A stretch of DNA of 64,000 bases from contig CAVVLO010000001.1 in assembly GCA_963749155.1 (NCBI GenBank), forward strand, positions 672,001 to 736,000, read 5' to 3'. Below the pieces are notes generated by a model that saw only the letters and a program-made list of their open reading frames with translations, had not been told where the DNA came from and did not search any database. Shown here piece after piece: positions 40,152 to 52,595 of this stretch (its first letter is position 1; every line of letters begins with the position of its first letter). This DNA is from an uncultured Armatimonadia bacterium. GTDB taxonomy: Bacteria > Armatimonadota > Zipacnadia > CAVVLO01. The position numbers and the translations under genes were made by a program.

Positions 40152-43100
40152 ATGGACGAAAAACAAGCACAAGGTAAGGTTACAGGGCCTAGTCTGTGGG
40201 TGGCCGGCTCGATCGCCCTCCTGCTGGTCGTCGGGATTCTCTTCACCTGGTGGACGGCAATGCGGGCTGACCGAGAGATGCGCGCCGACCTGATGCAACA
40301 GGCGCGGTTGGCGGCTCAAGCGGTGAGCCTTGAGCGAGTCCAGGCGCTTGCCGGCTCAGAGGCGGAGCTGACCAGCCCTGACTATCTCCGACTCAAGAAG
40401 CAGTTGGATGGTATCCGCACGACCAACCCCCAGTGCCGGGGCCTCTACCTCATGGGGCGCCATCCCGACGGGACGGTGTTCTTCCTCGTAGACACCCAAA
40501 ACGACGCGACGGAGAACTCTCCGTCCGCCTTGCCTGGGGAGCTCTACCCCGATGCATCCGATGAACTCAAAGCCCTCTTTGCCACCGGAGTGCCTTTCGT
40601 GGAGGGCCCGCTGCCCGATGAGTGGGGCGTTTGGGTCTCGGCCCTGGTCCCGCTGACCGACCCCGACACCGATGCCGTGATCGCGGTCGTGGGGATGGAT
40701 ATCGATGCTGGTGACTGGAACCTGAAGGTGGCAGAAAGGGCAGCCCTGCCCGTGGGGCTGATGCTGCTATTGCTTATAGGCGGGGTTACCGCTCTGGCCA
40801 TCACCCGCCGCGTGAGTGCTTCGCCCAAGCCGGTGCTGCGTCGCCTCTTGCTCCCACATGCAGTCCTGGTGGTGCTCTTTCGACGGTCGGCGCGGGGGCG
40901 CTTCTCTGGCAGCAGCATCAGCAGCAAGTTACCCAGACCATCGCGAGCCATGATGCCGAAGTCGCGAGGGACCTGCGCACAATCCTGGAGCAGCAGGCCT
41001 CTGGCCTGGCCACCGCCCTTCAGCCCATCACCGCAGATGTCAGAGTGCAGCAAGCCCTGCGCAAGGGCGACGCCGCTAGTCTGCTGACCGTCTGGCGCCC
41101 TGTCTTCGAGAGCATGCACAGCGAGAACAAGGTGACCCACTTCGTCTTCCTGGATGCGAAACGCGTCTGCCTGCTGCGGGTTAATAAACCAGACAAGCAT
41201 GGCGATCGGATTGATCGATTCACGGCGCTCGAGGCGGAGCGGACTGGCAAGACCGCTTCGGGAATTGAACTCGGACTACTAGGCACCTTTACTCTGCGAG
41301 TAGTGCGACCGGTCTTCGAGGCTGGCACTCTTGTCGGTTATGTGGAACTCGGCAAGGAGATCGAAGATGCCATGCAGGTGCTGCATACCCGGTATAACAG
41401 CCAGTTAGTCATCTGCATCAGAAAGGAATACCTGGACCGGGAGGAGTGGGAGAGCGGTATGCGCCTGCTCCAGCGGCAGCCTGACTGGGATCGCCTTGCC
41501 CACTACGTCGTCAGCTATTACTCGCAGGGCCGCCTGCCCAACGCCTTCGCAACTTGGGCCGATAAGGTATTGGGTACCGAACAGAGCGACAAGAAGGACC
41601 ACGAATTTGACCTGGGCGGAGAAGTCTGGCGCGTGGCCAAAACGCCCTTGCAGGAGGCCTCGGGCAGGGAGGTCGGTGACCTGCTGTTCCTGGATAACAT
41701 CACTGCCGACAAAGTGGCTTTTACGCGGCTGCTTGTCCTGGCCAGTATCATTGCCGGAGTCGTGTTGGCTCTGCTTCTAGGTTACATCCTTGTCCTGCTT
41801 GCACGCACCGATGCGGCTATCCGCGCCCAGCAGCGAGAACTGCGCGAGAGTGAGGAACGGCATCGGTTGCTCTTCGACCAGTCCTGGGACGCCCTTATGA
41901 CCCTGGCCCCCCCGTCGTGGAAGTTCACTTCGGGCAATCCGGCGGCCTACAAGCTCTTCGGCATCCAGGATGAGGCGGAATTTACCAGCCTGGGACCATG
42001 GGACCTGGCCCCTGGACTGCAGCTAGACGGCCTTCCCTCAGCTGAGAAGGCCAAGAATCATATTGAGACGGCCATGCGCGAGGGTTCCCACTACTTCGAG
42101 TGGACTCACCGGCACCTCAGTGATGGCACGGATTTCCCTGCCACGGTGCTGCTGACCAGGATGGAGCAAGAGGGACAAGTTTTTCTTCAGGCTACAGTAC
42201 GCGACAACACGGCCCAGAAGCGGGCGGAGGAGGCCCTAAGGGAGAGGGACATCTTCCTGACCAACCTCTTGGACACACTCCCCATCCCCGTTTTTTACAA
42301 GGACCAGGAGGGACGGTACCTGGGGCTGAACAAGGCCTTCATGACTTTCCTCGGGAAGTCGCGAGAGCAACTGCTGGGGAAGACCGTCTTCGAAGTCAAC
42401 CCGACGGAACTTGCGGCCGTCTTCCACGCCAAAGATCTGGAGCTGATGGAGAGAAGGGGCCTGCAGCAATACGAGGCTCAAGTAATGGACGCCAGTGGAG
42501 TAATGCGCGACGTCATCTTCTACAAGGCGACCCTGACAACTAGCCAGGGCGACCTGAACGGTCTTGTCGGGGCCATACTGGACATCACCGAGCGCAAGCA
42601 AGCGCAGGAAGTGCTAAGTCGCTCCCACGAGGAGCTTGAGCGCCGGGTGACCGAGCGCACCGCCCAGCTGCTGGAGGCCAACAAGGAGCTTGAGGCTTTT
42701 GCCTACTCGGTCTCGCATGATCTGAGGGCGCCCCTTCGCACTCTCAACGGCTTCTCGAATATCCTCTTGAAGAGCAATGACGAGGCGCTGGACGAGCAGT
42801 CCAGGCACTATCTTGACCTTATCGGCAAAGGCGCCCTGCGTATGGACCGGCTGGTATCAGGCCTGCTGGAATACGCTCGCACCAGCCAGGCAGCGATGGA
42901 GCCTGACTGGTGTTATCCCGAGGCTCTGGTGCGGGAGCTGCTGGAGGGGCTGGGTACCCGCTATCCTACCGCTACCTTAAAGATAGAGCCTCTACCTAAG
43001 TGCTGGGCTGATCCCCAACTCCTGCACCAGGTGTGGCAGAACTTGCTTGATAACGCATTGAAGTTCTCCTCAACCCGGGAGGACGCTGTGGTCCAGGTAG

Positions 43101-43525
43101 GTGGCCGGCGCGAGGGCGAGGAGATCGTCTATTTCGTGAAAGACAATGGCGAGGGCTTTGACCCCACTTACTCTGAGAAGCTTTTCAAGGTGTTCCAGCG
43201 CTTGCATACCGATGAGCAATTCGAGGGCATCGGGATCGGGCTTGCGATAGTGGGCAGCCTCATTGGAAGGCACGGAGGGCGTGTCTGGGCGGAGTCCATC
43301 CCCGGAGAGGGAGCGACTTTCTTCTTCAGTCTCCCGGCCGTCAGAGAAAGGCAGAGACTGACCGGGCAACAGACCAGTAGGCAGAGGGGGACGGGCCAGG
43401 TTTACGGGTGCCACAAGCCAGCCGAAGGGTTGCTCCACCCTTTGGGCCGGTGCTGTGTTACACTCTCTCTTATGAACCAGTCCAGTTGCTGGAGTGTGCA
43501 ATTCGTGGGAGTCAGGCGCAGGTGA
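40152..43525 (+). CDS. Membrane sensor histidine kinase (two extracytoplasmic domains, 2 PAS, HisKA, HATPase), indel near 40880
   Basis: SVSHDLRAPLR, QNLLDNALKF, DNGEGF, FQRLH, GIGLAIV. The tail after ~43340 may be read-through. Confidence 0.88.
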
Positions 43526-43553
43526 GAGGCCTCCTGGTCGCTTTGCTGCTTGT
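43444..43553. repeat. ~110-bp direct repeat copy B
   Basis: See copy A; contains extended -10 TGTTACACT and the GTG start of the next gene. Confidence 0.85.
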
Positions 43554-44619
43554 CCTGTCGGCTGGCCTTGCCGTCGCCGCGGAGCTTGTTTATTTTACCG
43601 ATCCGTTTTGCCCCGAGTGTGGTCAGTCTCGCCCCCTGCTTGAAAAGGCTCTGGCAGTGCATCCTGAATTCACACTGCGCGAGATCGATGTCTCGAGGAG
43701 AGAGGGGCTGGCGGAGCGCCGCAAGCTGGAAGAAGCCGCTGGCATCTCCGTCCTCGACCGCGGTCACACACCCGCCGTGCTGGTCGGCAATCGGGTGATA
43801 TACGGGCTGGACCAGTTCGCGCGGCTGTCCGAGATATTGACCGAGTCTGTCTCTGAATCCGTTACCCCCCCTACTGTGACAGGGAAGGCCTCGCTTTGGC
43901 TGGTGCTGCTCGCCGGGCTGGCCGATGGAGTGAATCCCTGCGCGGCTGCGGCGGTGCTCTTCTTCGCCGCGATGATGACCCGGATGGGGAAAGGTCGCAA
44001 GGGCATCTTGCTGCTTGGGGGAGGCTTCCTGGTCGGGTTCGTCCTGGGCTACCTGCTGCTGGGAGTCGGTCTGCTGGCGGGATTGAAGAGTATCCTGGTT
44101 GGGCAGGGGGTAGCGTCGGCGCTATATGGCCTGTTCGGCCTGGCCTGTCTTGGGCTGGCAATACTGGCTTTCAGAGACGCCGCGCGCTCCTGGCGCAGTG
44201 GTAAAGCCGAGGTAAGCCTCGGGCTGCCGCCCTTCCTCAAGCGGGTGGAGCACCGGCTGACCCGCTGGGCGACCAACTCGCGCTGGCTACTGCCGGCAGG
44301 CTTCTCGCTTGGCTTTGCGCTGACGCTGGTCTCTTTCGTCTGCACGGGGCAGCTCTATATCCCAGTACTGACGGGCATCGCCTCAGCAAAAACGAGTATC
44401 GCGAGCAGCTTCCCGCTGCTGCTGCTCTACAATCTGGCTTTTGCCATCCCGACTGCGCTGGTGCTGGGCGCCTGCGCGGCTGGAGTGGGTAGTGAGCGTC
44501 TGGGCGCTTTTTTCAGCCGGAAGGTGGCCGCTTCGCGCCTGGCGATGGGGATTGCGTTTATGCTGCTGGGAGTGTGGCTGCTGGAACTCGCCTGGAAGAG
44601 TCGCTTGCTGGTAGGCTAG
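43522..44619 (+). CDS. Glutaredoxin-like domain plus CcdA/DsbD-type transmembrane protein
   Basis: Signal peptide; YFTDPFCPEC...TPAVLVG; GLADGVNPCA and VCTGQLYIP TM cysteines; LLLYNLAF. Confidence 0.8.
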   Translation: MRGLLVALLLVLSAGLAVAAELVYFTDPFCPECGQSRPLLEKALAVHPEFTLREIDVSRREGLAERRKLEEAAGISVLDRGHTPAVLVGNRVIYGLDQFARLSEILTESVSESVTPPTVTGKASLWLVLLAGLADGVNPCAAAAVLFFAAMMTRMGKGRKGILLLGGGFLVGFVLGYLLLGVGLLAGLKSILVGQGVASALYGLFGLACLGLAILAFRDAARSWRSGKAEVSLGLPPFLKRVEHRLTRWATNSRWLLPAGFSLGFALTLVSFVCTGQLYIPVLTGIASAKTSIASSFPLLLLYNLAFAIPTALVLGACAAGVGSERLGAFFSRKVAASRLAMGIAFMLLGVWLLELAWKSRLLVG

Positions 44620-44692
44620 ACGGACTCCACTTCACAGGGGGAACCTCCCCCTGTACCCCCGAATTCGCTTCGCGCGCTTGAAGTCAGACTCT

Positions 44693-45919
44693 TCAGTCGT
44701 AGCAGTAAGCGCGAAGGACTTCCTCAGCGGTGGGCAGTTTCCAGGAGCCATCTGGCAGGCGCTCGGTAGTCTCTTTCAGACGCCAGACGAGTTGGCCGCA
44801 GGTATAAGTCTTGTAGCCGAACATCATCGCACAAAGGCAGGTCTTCTCGCCGTTGCCAGGCTCTTTGCCGTAATGCTGAGCGTTGTACGAGCAATAGCCG
44901 TCCTTGTCGAGGCCATAGCCATAAGCCTCACACATTGGCTCGATTCGCATCGTAATGGCTGGGGAAGACTTCAACATCCGCATCGGGTAGCCAGTAGGCG
45001 AACAGAGATTAACCTCAACGTCGTCTTCTTCGGCTTCCAGGAAGAGCTGCTTGACCGGGTCAGGCAGTCCAGCTTCCTGGCTGATGGCAAAGCGCGTGGC
45101 CACCTGTACGCCCGCGGCGCCGCGCTTCATAAAATCGAGTGCGTCTTCGGCTGTGAACACGCCACCAGCGGCGAGCACGGGGATATCAAGAGACTGCTCT
45201 CTAACCAGTTGCAGCACTTCGTCCAGAATAATACCCAGGTCAAAATCTTGCCAGTTGAGGGGAAAGCCGAGATGCCCTCCCGCCAGTGGCCCTTCAACGA
45301 TTATGTAGTCCGGCAGCCTGCTAGCGCGGGCGGCGCGATTGAGGAACAACTTGAGCGCCCTGGCGGAGGAGACAATTATGCCGATATGCGCATCGCGGAA
45401 CCTGGGGTTGGCTTTCATCAGGTCCATACTGGCCAGATGCAGCCCTGCGCTAAGCGTGATGCCATCGGCGCCTGCGTCAAGGGCGGTGTTGAGGCGGACC
45501 GAGAGGCTCTCCTTCGGCGCGCCCATAAGGAGCTTCTCCATCACGTTGACGAAGATGCCCCCCTCGCCGCGTTTGGCGTTTACAGCGGAGCCGACATAGA
45601 GCTCGGTTGCCTTGCGGATATCGGCCAGGTCGACGACGATGCCAGCTTTGTCAGGTTTGCCTACGTGGTCGCGATAACGCGCTAACTGGTTTTTTACCAG
45701 ACTGGTACCAAAACGTCGGTCAGCTACCGCGGGCAGCATTGCCTCAGAAAGATGCCCGATACCACCCAACCGGGCGATTTCGAGCGCAAGCGCGGGCACC
45801 GAGATATCTACTCCCATCCCCCCGACAACCAGCGGGAGGTACTCACGCTGACCAAGGCGCAGGGATGAATTAGCGAGCTGTGTTATAGCGATACTCCTCG
45901 ATTGCGGCGCAGAATGCAA
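44693..45919 (-). CDS. Nitronate monooxygenase family flavoprotein
   Basis: GGMGVDIS, SAGLH, IIVEGPLAGGHLG, AAGGV, GVQVATRF, SPTGYPMR. Confidence 0.85.
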   Translation of the reverse strand: MHSAPQSRSIAITQLANSSLRLGQREYLPLVVGGMGVDISVPALALEIARLGGIGHLSEAMLPAVADRRFGTSLVKNQLARYRDHVGKPDKAGIVVDLADIRKATELYVGSAVNAKRGEGGIFVNVMEKLLMGAPKESLSVRLNTALDAGADGITLSAGLHLASMDLMKANPRFRDAHIGIIVSSARALKLFLNRAARASRLPDYIIVEGPLAGGHLGFPLNWQDFDLGIILDEVLQLVREQSLDIPVLAAGGVFTAEDALDFMKRGAAGVQVATRFAISQEAGLPDPVKQLFLEAEEDDVEVNLCSPTGYPMRMLKSSPAITMRIEPMCEAYGYGLDKDGYCSYNAQHYGKEPGNGEKTCLCAMMFGYKTYTCGQLVWRLKETTERLPDGSWKLPTAEEVLRAYCYD

Positions 45920-46270
45920 CTGCTGACGCCGGCTTATGGCCTACAGCAGGCACGCGACCTCGCTCCAGAACCACCGATAACAGGGCGCGAAAAACTACCG
46001 GTCAAAAACCTCAGGACGACCAAGGCATAGAATACCAGATTAGGTTTCTGAATGCCAGCTATATATTGGTCAAAAGGAAAGAGGAGAGCCCCCTCGCTCT
46101 CCTCTTTCAAGCCTCACCCAGGGAGGCCGGCACAAATCAGGTCTGGTCTAATACCTTCTGCTTACTTAATATACCTCCTGCAGCCCTGGATATAACCTTG
46201 GAGCCGGGACAGGAATTGGGCAAGCGGGTATAGAATCCAGCTGGTAGTTGATTGCTTGCGGGGGGCCGGT

Positions 46271-47867
46271 ATGCGCGCGCCAGTGATTGTATTGTTGTTG
46301 GTTAGTCTGGTTGGCACTCTGGCAAGAGCTGAAGGAAGCTTTGCCAATCCTCTCGGGGTGCCAGTCGCCGACCCTTTTGTGCTTCAGCTTGAAGGTCAAT
46401 ATTATCTGTATGGCACCTGGGAACCCAACCCCGCGGCCGGCGTGCCGGTTTTTACCTCGAGTGACCTGGTGCACTGGCGCTGGCAAGGGTTTGTCCTTCA
46501 ACCAGGCAACAAAACCTGGGCACAGACCCACTTTTGGGGCCCCGAAGTAATCCAGCGCGAGGGGCATTTTCTGTTGGTCTGCTCCGCCTCACCCCAAAAA
46601 GAAGGCACCACGCCTTTGAGGATGGGGCTTGTGGTAGCTGAAAGCGACTCACCGCTTGGCCCCTTCACAGAGGTCTGTGCCCCACTGCTGGCGCCCGACG
46701 CGCCCGACGAAGCCATCGATGGGCATATATTCCGGGATGAAGACGGCAGCCTTTGGCTCTACTTCACTCTGGTCACACAAGGGAGAAACGAGATCCGGGT
46801 CGCGCCTCTTGCGCCTGACCTGCTCTCGCTTGCAGGTGAGTCTTCCCTCTGCACCCGCCCCGAGCAGCCCTGGGAGAGCCATCCCTGGCAGGGTCATGTG
46901 GTCAACGAGGGGGCCTTCCTGACAAAGCACACCGGCGCCTATTACCTTATATATACAGCGAACCATTTTCTTGATCCGGACTATTGCCTTGGGTATGCAA
47001 CTGCTCCTTCTCCGACCGGCCCGTGGACGAAAGCGGCGGAGAACCCGATCCTCGCCCGCACCGGCGCCGTTGCCGGACCGGGCAGCGGTTCCTTGATCAA
47101 CTCTCCCGATGGGACTGAACTCTTGGCTGATTTATCACACCCATAACAGCCTGGCCCAGGTGGCGCCGCGTCAGCTCGCGATGGACCGCGTCCACTTCGA
47201 ACCTGTCACATCGGGCCCTGACCGGCTGGTGGTGGAAGGCCCAACTCGCTCGCCCCGGCCGCTGCCAGGCGGCGCTCCAGAGTGGCCAGAGGCCACTTCG
47301 GATGAGTTTGAGGGCGCAGCCCTTGACCGGAGTCAGTGGTTCCTCCTCAACGAGCGACCGGAGGCTTTCTGGGTGGCCGAGGGCAGTCTTTGGATACGTC
47401 CGACTAACGGCGACATGTGGACCTGGCGCGACGATTTCGGCAACCTTTTTTTGCAGGAGGCCCCACCTGAGCGCTGCGAGGTGACCGCCCGTTTGAGGTT
47501 CGGGCCTCAGATGAATTACGAGCAGGCCTATATCCTCTTCTATCAGGACCACGACAACTGGGCGCGTCTCTCAACACTCTGGGCGGACGGGCCCAAGCTC
47601 GCTTTTGGCTGGGAAATCGACGGCCAGTATCAGCAGGTCATCGTGCCAAACCAGCTCGGGCGCGCCCTCTACCTCAAACTCTGTCGCAAGGGAGACGTCT
47701 ACACCGCCCTTGTTAGTAGTGATAAGAAGGACTGGCTGCAGGTTGGAGAACCGACTACCGTCCTACTTTATTGCCCAAAAGTCGGCCTGGGCGCTTTGGC
47801 GACGACCGATGCCAGTTCTCCCTCGCTGGCCCAGTTTGAGAGCTTCCAGTTAAGTCCCTTGCCCTGA
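46271..47867 (+). CDS. GH43 glycoside hydrolase with C-terminal ConA-like domain, indel near 47120
   Basis: ADPFV, WGPEV, AIDGHIFRDEDG, VNEGA, NPIL; second part SDEFEG... Confidence 0.88.
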
Positions 47868-47932
47868 ACCTGCAGGGAGTAGCGTCCTCCTGTTAAATAC
47901 TTCCCCGACACAAAAAGGACAAGGTGAATCCA

Positions 47933-49181
47933 ATGGCAAACGGTTTCTTCAAAAAACCTGTAACCCGCAAGCAGGCGGTCAAACTGGCTGGTGCTGGTAT
48001 CGCGGCGCTAGCGCTTGGCCCAGAGGCTGTATTCGGAGGCGAAAACAATATGGACGATTCTCGTAAAATACGTATCGGGGTGGTTGGCGGAGGTTTCGGT
48101 ACCGATTTCCAGTGGTCCGAGCACCCAGGCTGCATCGTCGAAGCGGTCAGTGACCTGCTGCCGGTGCGCAGGCAGATACTGCAAGATGTGTATAAATGTC
48201 CCAAAGCTTACAATTCGCTGGAGGAACTCATCCTCGATCCCAAAGTAGAGGCCGTTGCGGTCTTCACCGGCGCGCCGGATCACGTGCGCCATGCGGTCGC
48301 GGCGATGCGCCACGGCAAACACGTTATCTCGGCCGTGCCCGCTGCCATCACGCTGGAGCAGGCTGAAGAGCTGCTGGCTGTGAAAGAAGAAACCGGCCTG
48401 ACTTATATGATGGCCGAGACCAGTTATTACCAGCAGGCGGCCATCTCGGCGCGCAAGTTCTGGAATGAGGGGCAGCTTTGGCAACCTGGTCTTCTGCCGG
48501 GCAATGTATCATCACCCAGGCCTCGAGACGCTGTGGTTCAACGCCGATGGTTCGCCCACCTGGCGCCATAGTTATCCGCCGATGCTGTACCCGACTCATA
48601 GCACGGCCTTTCTCGTCGGAATCACCGGCGACCGGCTGACCGAGGTCTCGTGTATCGGTTGGGGCGATGGCGCGGACATAATGAAAAACAATCAATACCA
48701 TAATCCCTTCTGGAGCGAGGCGGCTTTCTTCGAGACCGACCGCGGGGGCAGCTTCGAGATGGAAATCTTCTGGAAGGCCGCCGTCGGCGGTTGCGAGCGC
48801 GCCGAGTGGTATGGCGATCAGATGAGCTTCTATATGGCCCATCCCAACGGCCTTGGCCCCATCATCCGCCGCGCCAGCGAGCAGGTCGAGAAAGACGATG
48901 CCGGCTTCGAGCGCACTTTGGCGACCTATGAGGCCTATCAGCAGCCTCTCTGGTGGCAGACCGATATGCTGCCCGAGCCGCTTCGCCATGACAGCGGCCA
49001 CGATGGCTCGCATACCTTCCTGACCCACGAGTTCGTCTCGGCGCTGCTGGAAGAGCGCGCCCCCACGGTGGACATCTACGAGGCGCTTTCCTACACCGTG
49101 CCTGGCATCGTCGCGCACGAGTCGGCAATGAAACAGGGCGAGCATCTGCGCATCCCCGTCTACCACAGACCCAAGGCATAA
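47933..49181 (+). CDS. Gfo/Idh/MocA oxidoreductase with Tat-like leader, indel near 48470
   Basis: IGVVGGGFG, HGKHVISAVPA, YMMAETSYY, PPMLYPTH, SGHDGSH. Confidence 0.85.
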
Positions 49182-49193
49182 AGGAGCAACCTG

Positions 49194-50443
49194 ATGCCCA
49201 AAGTGAAAGTAGGTGTGTTCGGCGGAGGCCGGGGCACCTCAATGGTGAACCAGCTCGCGCTTCATCCGGATGCGGAGCTTGTTGCGATCTGTGATGCCAA
49301 TCCGGCCATCTTGAGCAACTGTCGCAAGGTGGCCGAATCGGCAGGCAGCCAGGTGAGGCTGTATAGCGACTTCGATGAGTTCCTGCAGGACGATATGGAG
49401 GCCGTCGTCCTGGCCAACTATGCGACCGAGCATGCCCCCTTCGCCGTGCGGTTGCTGGACTCGGGCCGGCATGTCTCGAGCGAAGTGCTGGCCTGCCAGA
49501 CCCTCGCCGAGGCGGTCGCGCTGGTCGAGGCCGTCGAGCGCAGCGGCAAGGTCTACAGCTATGCGGAGAACTACTGCTACTTCCGCGGGACGCTCGAGAT
49601 GAAGCGCCTCTACCAGCAGGGCGATATCGGCGAGTTCCTCCATGGCGAGGGCGAATACGTCCACGACTGCGAGTCCATCTGGGTGCATATCACCCGGGGC
49701 GAGCGCCAGCACTGGCGCAACTGGATTCCCGCTACTTTCTATTGCACCCACTCGACCGGCCCGTTGCTCACGATTACGGGCACGCGCCCGACCCGCGTCA
49801 CAGCCTACGAGACGCCCAACCTCAACTGCCAGAAGTTCGGCAGGCGCGGCGCGGACGGCGCGGTTATCCTCTGCCAGATGAGCAACGGCGCGACGACCAA
49901 GTTTCTGCCCTGGAGCAACTTCAAGCGCGAGCCAGGCTCCATCTGGTACAGCGTCTACGGCAGCAAAGGGATGATGGAGACCAATCGCTGGGCTGGCGGA
50001 AGCGACCAGTTGAATGTCTACTCGAGGGAGACGAGCAGCGTTGCTACACGCCTGATTTCCCGCTGGCGGAGAAACTTGCCGCGGCCGGCGGGGGCCACGG
50101 CGGTTCGGACTTTTACACGATGCATTACTTCCTCGAGGCTATCCTCGGCCGGCCGGACGGCGCCGAGTCCATTGACGTGTATCAGGGCCTCGATATGACG
50201 CTGCCGGGCATCCTGGGCTATCGTTCTATCTGGGAGAACAACGCCGCCCTCGAGGTGCCCGACCTGCGCGAGGCTTCTCTTCGTGACAAATATCGAAACG
50301 ACCACTGGTGCGTGGACCCGAAACTCGCCGGCCCAGGTCAGCCCGAGTGGAGCAACCACTGGGGCCCCATCGAGCCTGATGAGGCCCTCTACGAAGACCA
50401 GCGCCACGCCTGGCGCAAGCTGATTGGGGAGGAGGAAGCCTGA
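49194..50443 (+). CDS. Gfo/Idh/MocA oxidoreductase, indel near 50025
   Basis: VGVFGGGRG, GRHVSSEV, YAENYCY, YCTHSTGP, GHGGSDF. Confidence 0.85.
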
Positions 50444-51567
50444 TGGGTCCTCGCGCAGAGCTTGCACTCGAGGTACTGGAGGGACGCCCGGCAAAGGGCA
50501 TCCCTTCGTGGATCCTCCACGTGATGGAGCATCGCTTTATCGAGAAATTCGCCGGCGCTCAGCCTGGTGAATACGTAAAGAACCACGTGCAGGTCTATCT
50601 CGACTGCCAGCATGAGCTGGGCGCGTGTATGGTAGACCAGTATATCCCCGACAATCCGCTCTCCATCGGCTGTCACGGCTATGAGGGAGGGGCCCACGGG
50701 GCCACTACTGGGGCCACCGAGATAGTGCTGGATGGCCTGGTGATAGACTCTCCGGAGGCTGTCTGCCAGCATCTGGAGCAGTTCGTCTTCCCGGCGCTCG
50801 AGGCCCAGCCTGCGCCTGATGAAGCTGCCATCGCACAGGCCATCATCGCGAGCGAGCAGAGCGTCCAGGCTTTTATCGAGCCCTGGGATCTGCTCAAGAC
50901 GCCTTATGGCGTTGCGCCCTTCCCCGGACTCGCCTATGGCAGTTACGGTTACGCCTACTACTTTATGGCATGCGCCCTCTATCCCGAGGTCATCGAGCGA
51001 CACTTCTCCCTGCAGGCCGACTGGTCCGAGCAATACAACCGCGGTGTCGCGCGGGCTTATGTGGAGGGCAAGCTGCCGAATTTCCTGCGCCTCGACCACG
51101 ATATGGCGGACTCTCGCTCCACCCTCAACCGCGAAGACTGGCTGGATAGCTACTGGTTCCCGCACTTCGAGCGCTCTATCCGCCCCCTCGTCGACGCGGG
51201 GATAGACTGCATCTGGCACTGCGACGGCAACCTGATGGCGATGGTGCCGCGCCTGCTCGATTGCGGGCTGGTGGGCTTCCAGGGCTTCCAGTATGAGGAC
51301 GGGATGGACTACGAGAAGATCTGCGGGATGAAGACTCGCGAGGGGGAAGAGCTGCTGATTATCGCTGGCGTCTCGGTAACGCGCACTCTGCCCTTCGGCA
51401 CCCCCGAGGACGTGAAGCGGGAGATAGACTTCCTGGTGGAGCACGGCCCCAAAGGGCGTCTCTTCCTCGCCGGATCGAGTTCAATCGCCCCCGGTGTCTC
51501 GTGGGACAACCTCGTCACTCTGCGCGACGGCCTCGCCTGGTACCGCGAGCACGGGCGGAAGGGGTAG
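50443..51567 (+). CDS. Uroporphyrinogen decarboxylase-like (MtaA/CmuA family) protein
   Basis: DHDMA, WHCDGN, TLPFGTPEDVKRE, LFLAGSSSI. Confidence 0.75.
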   Translation: MGPRAELALEVLEGRPAKGIPSWILHVMEHRFIEKFAGAQPGEYVKNHVQVYLDCQHELGACMVDQYIPDNPLSIGCHGYEGGAHGATTGATEIVLDGLVIDSPEAVCQHLEQFVFPALEAQPAPDEAAIAQAIIASEQSVQAFIEPWDLLKTPYGVAPFPGLAYGSYGYAYYFMACALYPEVIERHFSLQADWSEQYNRGVARAYVEGKLPNFLRLDHDMADSRSTLNREDWLDSYWFPHFERSIRPLVDAGIDCIWHCDGNLMAMVPRLLDCGLVGFQGFQYEDGMDYEKICGMKTREGEELLIIAGVSVTRTLPFGTPEDVKREIDFLVEHGPKGRLFLAGSSSIAPGVSWDNLVTLRDGLAWYREHGRKG

Positions 51568-51625
51568 GGGGGTAAGGGAGGCCCCGCAAAGGGCTTCCCT
51601 GGGTAACATAACTCGTCCTCGTCCC

Positions 51626-52506
51626 TTAGAGCGCGAAGACCTTCGCGATGACGGCTGATAGCACCGTCACTAGCGCTGCAACCGCCAAGGCCGGTAGGGG
51701 AAGACCGTTGGATTCGTCCGGGCTACGCCCCAGCGAGTACGCAACGCTAAGTACCTCCCCGGTATGCGCATCAATATCAGCGGAGTAGCTCTCGTACTCA
51801 ACGCCCGACAACTCCAGACGCCAAAGCAGTCGGGCATCGCCAGGCGCAACAGGCCAGATCTCCAGGTCACTTTCATCGAGGGTAACCTGATCTGAGACCT
51901 CGGCGGCAACCAGAGCAGTTGCTTGCGTTACTGGTGAGATCGGGCGTGGCCGAGGGCAGGGAGCCCGGTGCCCGCGTGAACGCCAGACCAAGTACCCGTC
52001 CACCGTTGTCGACCTTGAACACCCAGTCTGGCAAGCCAGGTACATCGCCATCATAACGCCGCCACTCGACAGAGCGCCCACTGAATCTACTGCCTGGCTG
52101 CACCATCAGCACGTCGGTACCGAGTGGGGTCGGCAGGCCCAACGCCTGCGCATACTGAGACAGGAACTGGCTAGCGCGCGCCGTGGCCTCCGCATCGCTT
52201 GTCACCGGCGTCGCGCCCTGGTTAAATGGCGCTGTCGCCCGACGGACAAATCAGCCCAAGGAAGGCACCATCGCTATCGGCGACCCATAAGAATACGTCC
52301 TCTGTTCGCCACTCCTCAGAGCCCTGCAGTGGGTCCAGGAACTGGTGCATGCAGTACATCCCGTCAGTCGCCAACCCAAGTGAGGTCGCATAACTCTCCG
52401 CAGCAGTCTGCTGCAAGGCTTGTGCTGCTCCAGTATGCAGCACGAGGCCAGCGACCAGCATAAGGCCGGCAGCCAGGTATGACCTGTGGTTCGACGCAAC
52501 TTGCAT
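51626..52506 (-). CDS. Exported PepSY-like protein with C-terminal TM anchor (2 indels)
   Basis: Signal peptide; EATARASQFL; LLWRLEL...IDAHTGEVL; C-terminal hydrophobic helix. Confidence 0.5.
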
Positions 52507-52595
52507 TCGACTCCCCTCCTATTCGGCCAGCCAGACGGTAACATTGCCATCGCCAAAGACTTCGTAGTTCCCTTGTCCTGCTTTGTTCGCCTGTG

